Shown one piece after another: positions 27,799 through 36,731 of a stretch of DNA of 64,000 bases. This stretch comes from an uncultured Dehalococcoidales bacterium (GTDB taxonomy: Bacteria > Chloroflexota > Dehalococcoidia > GIF9 > UBA5629): NCBI GenBank assembly GCA_964437795.1, contig CAYTIC010000004.1, positions 3,475-67,474 of the forward strand, given 5' to 3'. Under the pieces are notes generated by a model that saw only the letters and a program-made list of their open reading frames with translations, had not been told where the DNA came from and searched no databases. Position numbers and translations under genes: made by a program. Position 1 is the stretch's first letter, and every line of letters starts with the position of its first letter.

Positions 27799-28905
27799 CT
27801 ACTGGTCGGACCTGAGCTTAATGCTGGCCTTGCCGGCCATCTCTATTACATCTCCGTCATGCAAATCCACCAACCCCGCACCCCTTATATCCCGGCCGTT
27901 GACGGTAGTGCCGTTTGCGCTGTCCATATCCTCGATAAAAGGCTTTCCTTCCTCGAAACTGATCCTGAAGTGCCGCTTGGATATCGCTCCCAGTTCATCC
28001 AGTCCCAGCGACCTGGCGATATGGGCCCGTCCGATTATTTCGCTTTCGCCGCCCAGCCGTATCTTCTGCCCGTTGGGCAATTCCAACGTAGCCAGGGCTG
28101 TTCCGCGCACCTGTGTGCGTGCCGGCGCCGACGGTTTCTCGAGCAGTTCTACCAAGGGTTGATTCACCTCGTTTTGCGGATAACGCCGTTCTCGCAGGGA
28201 CCGGCGCACGAGCCACCCCATCAGTACGATGAGGACTATGATTGAAGGGGCAATCAGCAGGGTCACGGGATTGGTGATGAATTTAATAAACTGGTCGCCA
28301 GGTGATACCGGCGGCACTGCTGCGGGGGTTGAAACGGCCTGCGTATTTTCTCCCGTGCCTTTTTCGTAGTCCCAGTAGACAAGGTCGCTTTTCTGTGTAC
28401 CGCCAGTCGCCCACTGTCCGTTTCCATAGAAGAAAAACCTGTAGATATGCTGCCCTACAAGCTCGTCCTCACCCGGCCAGAACGGACCAAGCCGCCATCT
28501 CCCGGGCTCCAGCAATTGCCATTTATAGGCTATCCATTTTCCCTGGCTTTCACCCCCTGAGGGGTAATACTCATATATATACAGCCAGCCCGGGGTATTG
28601 ATGTCGACATCGAGGTACCATTGCTCATCCCCCGACACTTTGTGGCCGCCAGCGGTGAACTTCCCCCACAGGCCGGCAATCAGCCCCGGCGGCGCGTCTG
28701 AAGGCTGTGCCGTAGCGCCCTGTAACACGAGGGTAACGGGCGGCTTTATCTCGCTATGCTGGGTATCGCCCTCGGGTTCGGGAATTGTGTAGTTCTCGGT
28801 CGGGGCGCCCATGGCATAAGCAGGTACGTGTGTAATAACGGCGGCGCCCAGTGATGACAGTAGAATGGCCAGCGTAAATACAAGTGCAGGTATCCGCCGG
28901 CTCAT
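27799..28905 (-). CDS. single-pass membrane protein: signal peptide, aromatic-rich ectodomain, TM, C-terminal FHA (FHA paralog 3)
   Basis: Start ATG overlaps the STK stop (ATGA); FHA GRAH…SKRH…SANGT. Confidence 0.8.
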   Translation of the reverse strand: MSRRIPALVFTLAILLSSLGAAVITHVPAYAMGAPTENYTIPEPEGDTQHSEIKPPVTLVLQGATAQPSDAPPGLIAGLWGKFTAGGHKVSGDEQWYLDVDINTPGWLYIYEYYPSGGESQGKWIAYKWQLLEPGRWRLGPFWPGEDELVGQHIYRFFFYGNGQWATGGTQKSDLVYWDYEKGTGENTQAVSTPAAVPPVSPGDQFIKFITNPVTLLIAPSIIVLIVLMGWLVRRSLRERRYPQNEVNQPLVELLEKPSAPARTQVRGTALATLELPNGQKIRLGGESEIIGRAHIARSLGLDELGAISKRHFRISFEEGKPFIEDMDSANGTTVNGRDIRGAGLVDLHDGDVIEMAGKASIKLRSDQ

Positions 28906-29921
28906 TTGGATACCTCCAGTGCTTTCACCTCGCCGGTGCTTGAAACCAGGAGGGCTGTCCTCATGGCCACGGCGCTGGCAAACCTGCTGCCGGGGGAGTA
29001 CATAATGGACTGCGCGAGACAGCGGGCAGTCTTTTTAGAGAAGCCTGCTGAAATCATGTGGTCCGCCACCGTGCCGGCCTCCGCATAACTGCGCGGCCAG
29101 GAGGTGTGGATCAACTCGGTGCACAGGTCGTTGGGTTGCCTGAGTGTGAGCAGGTATATGCAGGTCTGGGCCAGGCCGCACAGGTCGCAGCGCTGGTCGC
29201 TCTCACCGCCGATGAAAAGTTCAGGTATGTCAAAACCCTTGTTAGCTATCTGGGTGAAGGGGTCAGTCCTGATGGTGTCCTTCTTCATGCTTTCCAGGCT
29301 TTTGGCCGTGCCGAAGTCGATCAGCTTAATGCCGCCATTGCCGCTCAGCATGATGTTCTTGGGATTGATGTCCCTGTGCACGATGCCGGCAGCATGGATA
29401 TAGGCCAGGGCATCCAGCGCCTGGCCGGCCCAGAACAGGACCTTTTGCTCACCGGCCGATGTCCTTGGCGAGGAGGACATGATGGTTTCACCTGTTATCA
29501 ACTCAAGCACCAGGTGGAATTCTCCCCTGTAATAAAAATCATCCAGATATGTGACTATGTTGGGGTGCTGCAGCCTTTTCAGGAAACCTGCCTCCTGGCG
29601 CAGCTTGTCCAGGTATACGTTGTCCATGGTAGTGCCCCTGCGGGGCGTCTTGATGATGCATTTCCTGCCGTTGGTGCGGTCCCTGGCCAGCCAGATATTC
29701 GCCATGCCCCCCTGTTTGAATGCCGGCGCTTTGAGCTCATAGCGGCCGTTAACGCGATGTTTGCTTTCAGGCTGGGCCGGCTGCGGCCGCAGGGGCTCTC
29801 CGCGGCGCAGTGCGGAAGCCCTCATTTTGCGCCTCTGGATTGCCTGAATAATGGCCACAATCACAGGTACACTGGTGAAAACCAGCGCAATGACTATTAC
29901 GAAAAGGGTAGGATCGTCCAT
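28902..29921 (-). CDS. Hanks-type Ser/Thr protein kinase, N-terminal TM anchor, no extracellular sensor
   Basis: VAIK-like lysine (CIIKTP), HRDINPKN catalytic loop (atypical spacing), DFG, IPE; ATGA overlap with the PP2C stop. Confidence 0.85.
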   Translation of the reverse strand: MDDPTLFVIVIALVFTSVPVIVAIIQAIQRRKMRASALRRGEPLRPQPAQPESKHRVNGRYELKAPAFKQGGMANIWLARDRTNGRKCIIKTPRRGTTMDNVYLDKLRQEAGFLKRLQHPNIVTYLDDFYYRGEFHLVLELITGETIMSSSPRTSAGEQKVLFWAGQALDALAYIHAAGIVHRDINPKNIMLSGNGGIKLIDFGTAKSLESMKKDTIRTDPFTQIANKGFDIPELFIGGESDQRCDLCGLAQTCIYLLTLRQPNDLCTELIHTSWPRSYAEAGTVADHMISAGFSKKTARCLAQSIMYSPGSRFASAVAMRTALLVSSTGEVKALEVSK

Positions 29922-30724
29922 CAGGCTGTTCTTACCCCCGTCTTTGCCGATATCAAAGCCTGCCAGGAAGGAAGGCCGCCCGGCCTGGCGATAATGACCG
30001 ATATATTGTCCGGGCCGCCGACCAGGTTGGCCTGCGAGACCAGGTCGGAGCAGGCCTGCGAGGGACTGGCCGAAGCGAGCACCGTTTCCTCGATTTTATC
30101 CGTAGGGAGCACTCCGCAAAGGCCGTCCGAGCACAGGAGCACGTTGTCGCCGGCGTATAGCTTGATCTGTATGAGGTCCGGCACGCTGTTTGCACTGTAT
30201 CCCAGCACGCGTGTTATCTCGTTGCGGCGAGGGTGGGCTAAGGCTTCACCGGACGATATCTGCCCGGTATCTACAAGCTCCTGCACCACTGAATGGTCCG
30301 TTGTGACCTGTATGGTCTCCCTGGAGTTGATAATATAACAGCGGGAGTCTCCAATATGCGCCACGTACATGTCCTGGCCTATCAAAAGGGCGGCAGTGAG
30401 AGTGGTACCCATGCCCTGCAGCGATTTTTCCGCTGCGGCTTCGAGGACAGCGCTGTTAGCCTTGCTGAAGGCAGCGCCCATCAGTGGCAGCCCCGGCTTC
30501 GACGACCTGGTCAGCAAACCGGAGATACATTCAGCCTGGAAAATCCTGATAGCCAGGTCGCTGGCTATCTCCCCGGCATCGTGGCCGCCCATCCCGTCCG
30601 CGACGGCTAACAGGCCTGCCGATACCATTCCGGAGTGCGTCCGCAGGTCAAAGGTGCTGCAGAAGATGCTGTCTTCGTTAAGCTTTCTCACCAGGCCGGT
30701 GTCCCAGCCGTAACCAGTGTCCAA
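29921..30724 (-). CDS. PP2C-family Ser/Thr phosphatase
   Basis: LAVADGMGGHDAGEIAS metal-binding motif; TTG start 6 nt after an AAGGAG RBS. Confidence 0.85.
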   Translation of the reverse strand: MDTGYGWDTGLVRKLNEDSIFCSTFDLRTHSGMVSAGLLAVADGMGGHDAGEIASDLAIRIFQAECISGLLTRSSKPGLPLMGAAFSKANSAVLEAAAEKSLQGMGTTLTAALLIGQDMYVAHIGDSRCYIINSRETIQVTTDHSVVQELVDTGQISSGEALAHPRRNEITRVLGYSANSVPDLIQIKLYAGDNVLLCSDGLCGVLPTDKIEETVLASASPSQACSDLVSQANLVGGPDNISVIIARPGGLPSWQALISAKTGVRTA

Positions 30725-30746
30725 TCATTTCTCCTTAGTTACTTTA

Positions 30747-31229
30747 TTAACCTGACCTGAAGATCAGTGTGGCGCCCGGCTGCCTGGCCAGTTCTATCCT
30801 GTCGCCATCTTTAAGAGGCTGCTTACCTTTATGATGGATATCAATGTTGTTGACCCTGGTGTGATTGGTGCTGCCGGTCCCGTCGCGTCCGTGATCCTGC
30901 ACATAATAGGTTCCCTTTTCATATGTCAGCAGCAGATGCTGCCTGGAGATGCTCATTAAAGCGTCCTGCTGGAGTTTGCCCTCAAAGTCACTGCGCTGAA
31001 TGAACTGAGGAATGCTATTGAGGACGATTTCATTACCCCCCGGCAAGATCAGCCTGGCCGTAGACCCCAGCGGCTCAGCTTCAATGATCTCCTCAACAGC
31101 CATGCCGCCGAGCGCAGGTTCCGACTCTGTGAACAGGTAATTGCCGCAACTATAACAGAAAAAACTGCCGGCGCCGTTCAAACCGTGACAGGCCGGGCAG
31201 ATTACACTGACGCTTATTACCTCTTCCAT
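30747..31229 (-). CDS. zinc-ribbon + FHA domain protein
   Basis: CPACHG…CYSCG zinc ribbon followed by FHA SRQH…STNHT. Confidence 0.75.
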   Translation of the reverse strand: MEEVISVSVICPACHGLNGAGSFFCYSCGNYLFTESEPALGGMAVEEIIEAEPLGSTARLILPGGNEIVLNSIPQFIQRSDFEGKLQQDALMSISRQHLLLTYEKGTYYVQDHGRDGTGSTNHTRVNNIDIHHKGKQPLKDGDRIELARQPGATLIFRSG

Positions 31230-31268
31230 AACGATCGTACAATTGTAAGCTGCCGAAGATGATATTGC

Positions 31269-31297
31269 TTGACAGCTTACTGACGAATACCTAATAT
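31269..31297 (+). promoter_or_regulatory. sigma70-type promoter (TTGACA-N17-TAATAT) for the FHA-wHTH regulator
   Basis: -35 31269-31274, -10 31292-31297; in the divergent intergenic region. Confidence 0.45.
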
Positions 31298-31387
31298 AAA
31301 TCTGACATATTTAAACTCTATGACGATTGTCCTTGATATATTATACTGCAAGAGGATATACAGACTTTACAAGGCTGGAGTCCGGTG

Positions 31388-32071
31388 ATGGCTTTCATCA
31401 TAGTTAAGAAAGGTGATGCTGAGGATATCGGTAAAATATTTACCCTGAGCAGGGCTAATATGGTGATAGGCCGCCGCACACCAAAGTATAAGCCAGACAT
31501 CGAGTTAAGCGATGAAGCCGTCTCAAGGCGGCATGTCGAGATCATTGAGAAAGACGGCCGTTATCAATTGCGTGACCTGGGCAGCACAAATGGGACTATG
31601 CTGGATGATGACAGGATACTGCCCGGCAAGCTATATGAGTTGAAACACAACTGTAAAATTGGATTGGGGGTAGCAGCAGGCCCGGCGCAGGTCTTGTTGA
31701 TTTTCAAGCAGTCGGAGAGTACTAACCTGATGGGGAGGCAGGGGGCAAGTCCGGTTGAAAAGGTCATTGCAACGGACGTCAGCTGGCTGAAGATCGACGA
31801 GGCCAGGAAGGAGGTCTGTGTGGACGGCGAACCCGTAAAACTGTCGCGCAAGGAGTACGAGTTGCTGATGTTCCTTTACCAAAACGCCGGCGCAGTCTGC
31901 CTGCGCGACGAGATTATTAAGGTTGTGTGGTCCGAGAGCCAGGACCCGGCTGCCATATCCGACGCAACCCTCGACCAGCTTGTGCACCGTCTGCGCGAGA
32001 AGGTTGAACCCGAGCCTGTTAATCCAACACGCATCATAAGCCGAAAAGCCTTCGGCTATATGCTGGTTTAA
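31388..32071 (+). CDS. FHA domain + OmpR/PhoB-type winged-helix DNA-binding domain transcriptional regulator
   Basis: N-terminal FHA (GRR…SRRH…STNGT); C-terminal trans_reg_C (KLSRKEYELLMFLYQNAGAVCLRDEII…LDQLVHRLREKVE). Confidence 0.8.
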   Translation: MAFIIVKKGDAEDIGKIFTLSRANMVIGRRTPKYKPDIELSDEAVSRRHVEIIEKDGRYQLRDLGSTNGTMLDDDRILPGKLYELKHNCKIGLGVAAGPAQVLLIFKQSESTNLMGRQGASPVEKVIATDVSWLKIDEARKEVCVDGEPVKLSRKEYELLMFLYQNAGAVCLRDEIIKVVWSESQDPAAISDATLDQLVHRLREKVEPEPVNPTRIISRKAFGYMLV

Positions 32072-32081
32072 AACAGGCTGT

Positions 32082-32951
32082 CTAATATTTGAACGGCCGC
32101 TCTTTCCACCAGGGATAAAACGCGGGCATGTCCTTGCCCGTTTTCATAGGGAAGGCAGGCTGCCGTTTCTCAAGGAATGACATGATGCCCTCCTTTGCCT
32201 CCGGTGTGCCGAAGATCCAGTTGAGCCCCTTTGATTCCAACTGGTGGGCCTCCATAGGATGGTCGGCGCCCAGCATCTTCCACATGAGCTGACGGCAGAG
32301 GGCTATGGAAATAGAAGAGGAGTTCTGCGCGATTTGGGCGGCTATCTCTCGAGCACGCGGCAGCAGCGCGTCGGGCTCAAGAAGTTCGCTCACAAGGCCC
32401 CGTTCGAATGCCTCCTGTGCTTTAAACACCCTGCCGCTGTAAACCCATTCGGTCGCCACGCCCATGTTCACCAGCCGTGTTAAAAACCAGCTGGCGCAGC
32501 CGTCAAAGATGATACCGCGTCTGCAAAAGACCAGCCCCATCTTAGCGTTGGTCGAGGCTATGCGGATATCCATGGGGAATGTCATGGTTATGCCGAATCC
32601 AACTGCCGGCCCGTTGATGGCAGCGATAATAGGCTTCTTCAGGTCGAATATGCGCAGTACAACGATGCCACCCTCATCCCTGTGCGGCTGGTCATCCTCT
32701 CTGCCCATAAACCTTTCCATGAAGTACGAGGAGTCCTCTGTGTCGCCTCCCAGGGCCGCCCCTGCGCTGAACGCCCTGCCGGCGCCGGTGACTATGATGA
32801 CACGCACTTCATCGTCGTTATCCGCGCGATCGAATGCGTGAAGCAGCTCTGTGCAGGTAGACGCTGTGATCGAGTTCATCTTGTCGGGATTGTTAAGCGT
32901 CAACGTGAGGATGCCCTCCGACACCTCGTATTTCAGCTCCTTGTACTCCAT
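32082..32951 (-). CDS. enoyl-CoA hydratase/isomerase family protein
   Basis: Crotonase motifs (VTGAGRAFSAGAALGG…). Confidence 0.85.
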   Translation of the reverse strand: MEYKELKYEVSEGILTLTLNNPDKMNSITASTCTELLHAFDRADNDDEVRVIIVTGAGRAFSAGAALGGDTEDSSYFMERFMGREDDQPHRDEGGIVVLRIFDLKKPIIAAINGPAVGFGITMTFPMDIRIASTNAKMGLVFCRRGIIFDGCASWFLTRLVNMGVATEWVYSGRVFKAQEAFERGLVSELLEPDALLPRAREIAAQIAQNSSSISIALCRQLMWKMLGADHPMEAHQLESKGLNWIFGTPEAKEGIMSFLEKRQPAFPMKTGKDMPAFYPWWKERPFKY

Positions 32952-33023
32952 GGGATCCTCCTTTATGCAGAATTTGATTGGCCCTTTAAATCAGGCTTGA
33001 TGGAGACGAACAGTGGAGAACAT

Positions 33024-34049
33024 TTACACCTGTATCGCTATGCCGTGGTCCCTCAGGTCGGTGAGGATCTCAAATGCCGCTCGGTGTCTGGTGTAGAGAA
33101 GCTCCGATACGCCTTTATTGCCGCCCTCTTTATAGGTGATCCTGAGTTCGCACGAGGCCAGTTTGCTGTTCAGGCAGTGCTTGTCGCCACCCGGCGGATT
33201 ATAGTAATTGAGGCCGGCGAACAGCTCGTGCCCGGCAAATATGCGGCCCACCAGGTCAATTTCATCGTTGGCTGACGCGAAATGCCAGTCGAAATAAGTG
33301 AATTTTCCCTGCGCCCTGATCGTTTGCGCCATGTTGTTGAGCGCGTATTCCCGCCCTTTATGCCTGAGCACGACGGGAGTCATACGGGGGGTCCACAACG
33401 GCCCTATTTTGACCCTGGCCGTAGCTACCTCGAGGAAGCTCTCAGGGCTGTTATCGAAGCCCGCAACCTGTCCCCAGGCGTAAAGGTCGGTATGTTTTGA
33501 TCCCCAGTTGTGGTTCTGGCTGCCCACCCAGTTTTCGATCTTGACCTGGCTGCCGTCGATGGTCAAAGCGCCGTTGAATACGGCCATGGGAAGCGGGACG
33601 CAGGCCTTGGCCTTGGGGAATTTGCCTGAATACATTTTAAGGGGCAGCAGGAACAGCGGCCGGCCCTCACCGTGGTAACCCAGGTCCCAGGAAATCGTGT
33701 GATTGTGCGAGCTTGCACTTCCGTTCAGCCGGTCCTTGTTCAGGACGGCATCGCCGATCCTGACATCCAGCCCTGACCGGTTGAATGAGCCCTGGCTGAT
33801 GGGGAGTTCCTTCTTAACAGCTATGCTGGAGGAAGTTTCGCCGTTAAAATAGACCGCCCATAGCTCGCAGATTGCTTTTTCGGGGTGATTGTGGGGATTG
33901 AAAATGGTGTACCTTATCCAGAAAGCCAGGGGCCGGTCGGGATGGTTGGCCCGCAGGAAGTAGCTCTCATAGTGTCCCGTTTGTTGGCCGGGCCGGTAGA
34001 TCGCGTTATTGGCAGAGCTTAACCAGTTTGTCTCCGTTTTCTTCATCAT
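33024..34049 (-). CDS. hypothetical protein (possibly AttH/CrtC-like beta-fold; uncertain)
   Basis: GGGAGG RBS; no firm motif recognised. Confidence 0.5.
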   Translation of the reverse strand: MMKKTETNWLSSANNAIYRPGQQTGHYESYFLRANHPDRPLAFWIRYTIFNPHNHPEKAICELWAVYFNGETSSSIAVKKELPISQGSFNRSGLDVRIGDAVLNKDRLNGSASSHNHTISWDLGYHGEGRPLFLLPLKMYSGKFPKAKACVPLPMAVFNGALTIDGSQVKIENWVGSQNHNWGSKHTDLYAWGQVAGFDNSPESFLEVATARVKIGPLWTPRMTPVVLRHKGREYALNNMAQTIRAQGKFTYFDWHFASANDEIDLVGRIFAGHELFAGLNYYNPPGGDKHCLNSKLASCELRITYKEGGNKGVSELLYTRHRAAFEILTDLRDHGIAIQV

Positions 34050-34093
34050 TTACCTCCCGGGACCCCATAATCATAGCTTATAATCGAATAAAA

Positions 34094-35344
34094 CTAAATA
34101 CCACCCTCGATGCAGTATTCCCGTAGCGTATTGAGCGCGGCGAAAAACTCTTTCATCATGGTGCCTACTGTATACATACCGCGCCTGGTGACTGAGATCC
34201 GTCCGCCGTTTTCCCTGACTATTCCGGCGGCTTTGAAAAAGAGCAGTTCGGCCCACAACTTCGCATGGATATCAGAACCGAAGCGCTCCCGGAACCGCTG
34301 AGATTCCAGGCTCATGCCGAAAAACCTGGTCAGCATGAAATACCGGTAATGCTCCATAGTCGAGAGGCGGCGCATGCGCACTATGGGCAGACGCTGTTGT
34401 GAAATCAGCTTATGGTAGCCGTCCAGCGAGAAGGAGTTCACCAGGAAGTCTCCTCCCAGGAAGCTGACGGATCCCGCGCCGATTCCGATATAGTCGTCGT
34501 AATCGATGATGTACTCGTCGATCATGAGGTCGCCGCGCGAGAAGCACCAGGCGGTGGAAGCCTTGTATCCGCTATCCAGCAGCTCTCTCAGTATTATCTC
34601 GTAATACTGCCTCTCAAGGGAGGTATCCACCCTGCGGAACTTCTTTGTCAACGCATCCAGTTTATGAGGTGACGGCATGAGCGGGTAAAATGTGGCCTGG
34701 TCCGTGCCGAGGTCTTTGAAAATCCGGAGGTCCGACCGGAATTGCTCCAGTGTCTGAGTAGGGAAGTTAAACATGAGGTCCACGTTGACCGTGTCGAACT
34801 TACCCTGAGCCAGCTTCAGCTTTTCGATGGAATCCTCGCCTTTGAAAAGCGTCCTTCCCATTGCCTTGAGCAGCGAATTATCGAAGCTCTGCACGCCTAC
34901 CGAGAGCCGGTTAACGCCGAGGTGTTTCAGCTGGTTAATGGTGTCCGGCGTGAGCTCTCGCGGCGTCGTCTCAAGGGAGATGCGCTTGATGTCGAATTTC
35001 GATCCCAGGTAATCTATAAAGCCGGACAGCTCGTCCATGAGAACTGTGGGCGTGCCGCCCCCGAAATAGAAGTCGTTGAACTTGAATCCCAGTTTGGCGT
35101 ACATATCGACTTCCTTACGCAGGTCCGCGAAATAGCTGCGGGCCTGGTCCTCCTTGAACAAGAAGCGGTTGAAACAGCAGAAAGGGCAGAGCGTGCGGCA
35201 GAACGGTATGTGGATGTAGAGAGAGACGCGGTCACCCCGCATCTTGCCTTCGGAGGAGATGCGCGTAAGGTCCACGTCGCCCGTGAATCCGAGGAACTTT
35301 TTGCCTTCGTAGCGAACAACGGAGCCGGCAAACCTCGATATCAT
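34094..35344 (-). CDS. radical SAM protein, HemN/HemW (oxygen-independent coproporphyrinogen oxidase-like) family
   Basis: LYIHIPFCRTLCPFCCF (CxxxCxxC) near the N-terminus; HemN-like C-terminal domain; the true start may be the internal ATG at ~35242. Confidence 0.8.
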   Translation of the reverse strand: MISRFAGSVVRYEGKKFLGFTGDVDLTRISSEGKMRGDRVSLYIHIPFCRTLCPFCCFNRFLFKEDQARSYFADLRKEVDMYAKLGFKFNDFYFGGGTPTVLMDELSGFIDYLGSKFDIKRISLETTPRELTPDTINQLKHLGVNRLSVGVQSFDNSLLKAMGRTLFKGEDSIEKLKLAQGKFDTVNVDLMFNFPTQTLEQFRSDLRIFKDLGTDQATFYPLMPSPHKLDALTKKFRRVDTSLERQYYEIILRELLDSGYKASTAWCFSRGDLMIDEYIIDYDDYIGIGAGSVSFLGGDFLVNSFSLDGYHKLISQQRLPIVRMRRLSTMEHYRYFMLTRFFGMSLESQRFRERFGSDIHAKLWAELLFFKAAGIVRENGGRISVTRRGMYTVGTMMKEFFAALNTLREYCIEGGI

Positions 35345-35367
35345 GACAGGGAATTATACATTGATGG

Positions 35368-36663
35368 CTACTTAGCTTCCAATAATCCCATAGCGCGGTC
35401 CACCTCGCGGGCGCGCTGGTAATCGGCGTTGAAGTATTTGGAAGACCACAGGTAGCCAAAGCTACTGAGGAAACCGATGCCGGAGATGACGAGGAATGAT
35501 GTTTGTATGTTAACAGCGTCGGAAATCGCCCCCATCAGTATGGGACCCCACATGCCGCCCAGGATGTAGCCGGTGAGCATATAGAGGCCCATGGCCGTGG
35601 AGCGCTGATAGGCGGGCACTATCTCCTGCACCGCGTTAAGCTGGGCTGCAACAAATGCGGAGGTGAAGAATACGCCGATGGCGAATACCGGCAGCGAAAC
35701 GAAGTAGGTGCCTGCCGCCATGAAAAGGCTTGCCAGCAGCATAGTCACGACGATGACCAGCACTTTGTTACGGGGATTATGCTGTGAGACCTTGTCCGTC
35801 ACCCATCCGCCGAGTGGCATGGCGATGATAGCCGTCAATGCCAGGCCGGCCGAGACTGAGCTGGCCAGCACCGTATCCATGCCCATGCTGCGGTTTAAGA
35901 GCACCGGTACCCAGGGCACATAGCCCAGTATGTAGCACATTTCCAGCGCGATGGTGAGATAGAGGATGGGCAGCGTCTTGATTTTGACGAATTCCTTGAG
36001 GGTGGACCCCAGCGCAGTGCTGCGGGGGACGTCCCCCGCTTTTTGCAGCGCCGATTTATCTATTTTATAGTCCGGCATGAACCAGGCCAGGATGCCAAAG
36101 ATAATGCCGGGGGCAGCCACTGCCATGAACGCCGCCTGCCAGCCAAAGCTCTTGGTGACAAATCCTCCGATGAGGAAGCCGAAAGCCGAGCCAAATGGTA
36201 TGGCAGCCACCCAGATGCCCGTAACCAGTGCGCGCCTGGTCTTGTTGATCATACTGGCTATAAGGGCCATTCCACCCGAGACGAAACTGGCCTCACCCAC
36301 TCCTACCACCGTGCGGGTGGCCAGAAGCTGTCCGAAATTAGTACAGAAGCCGGAAAACAGGCTGGCCACGCTCCAGACAATAGACATCAGCGAGATCATC
36401 CTGGAACGTCTCCAGCGATCGATAAGATAGGACAGCGGCAAGGCGAAGACTGCTACGCCTATAAGTACCACTGACATCAGCCAGCCTACCTCGGTATCGC
36501 TTAAGCCCAGCTCAGCCTTCAAGGCCGGTGTCATGGGGCCGATCACCGACCGCAGCGCGTAGTCCATCATATAGAGGACGAAAAGGACTGATATCGTGTA
36601 CCACACCTGCCACGGTTTGACTTTGATCAGGACATCGCTCTTTTCCGTTTGCCCTATTTTCAT
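35368..36663 (-). CDS. MFS transporter (paralog)
   Basis: AGGAGG RBS; 12-TM MFS. Confidence 0.8.
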   Translation of the reverse strand: MKIGQTEKSDVLIKVKPWQVWYTISVLFVLYMMDYALRSVIGPMTPALKAELGLSDTEVGWLMSVVLIGVAVFALPLSYLIDRWRRSRMISLMSIVWSVASLFSGFCTNFGQLLATRTVVGVGEASFVSGGMALIASMINKTRRALVTGIWVAAIPFGSAFGFLIGGFVTKSFGWQAAFMAVAAPGIIFGILAWFMPDYKIDKSALQKAGDVPRSTALGSTLKEFVKIKTLPILYLTIALEMCYILGYVPWVPVLLNRSMGMDTVLASSVSAGLALTAIIAMPLGGWVTDKVSQHNPRNKVLVIVVTMLLASLFMAAGTYFVSLPVFAIGVFFTSAFVAAQLNAVQEIVPAYQRSTAMGLYMLTGYILGGMWGPILMGAISDAVNIQTSFLVISGIGFLSSFGYLWSSKYFNADYQRAREVDRAMGLLEAK

Positions 36664-36731
36664 CTCAACCTCCTACAATTTTTATAACAACGTTGAATTT
36701 CTGCAGCTCTATATTACAGGAATCTATCGTC

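Noticed and set aside
24400-31229. Type VI secretion-associated Fha/PpkA/PppA module
   Set aside because: No T6SS structural genes (TssB/C, Hcp, VgrG, ClpV, TssM) occur anywhere in the window, and the FHA proteins are membrane proteins with ectodomains unlike T6SS Fha.
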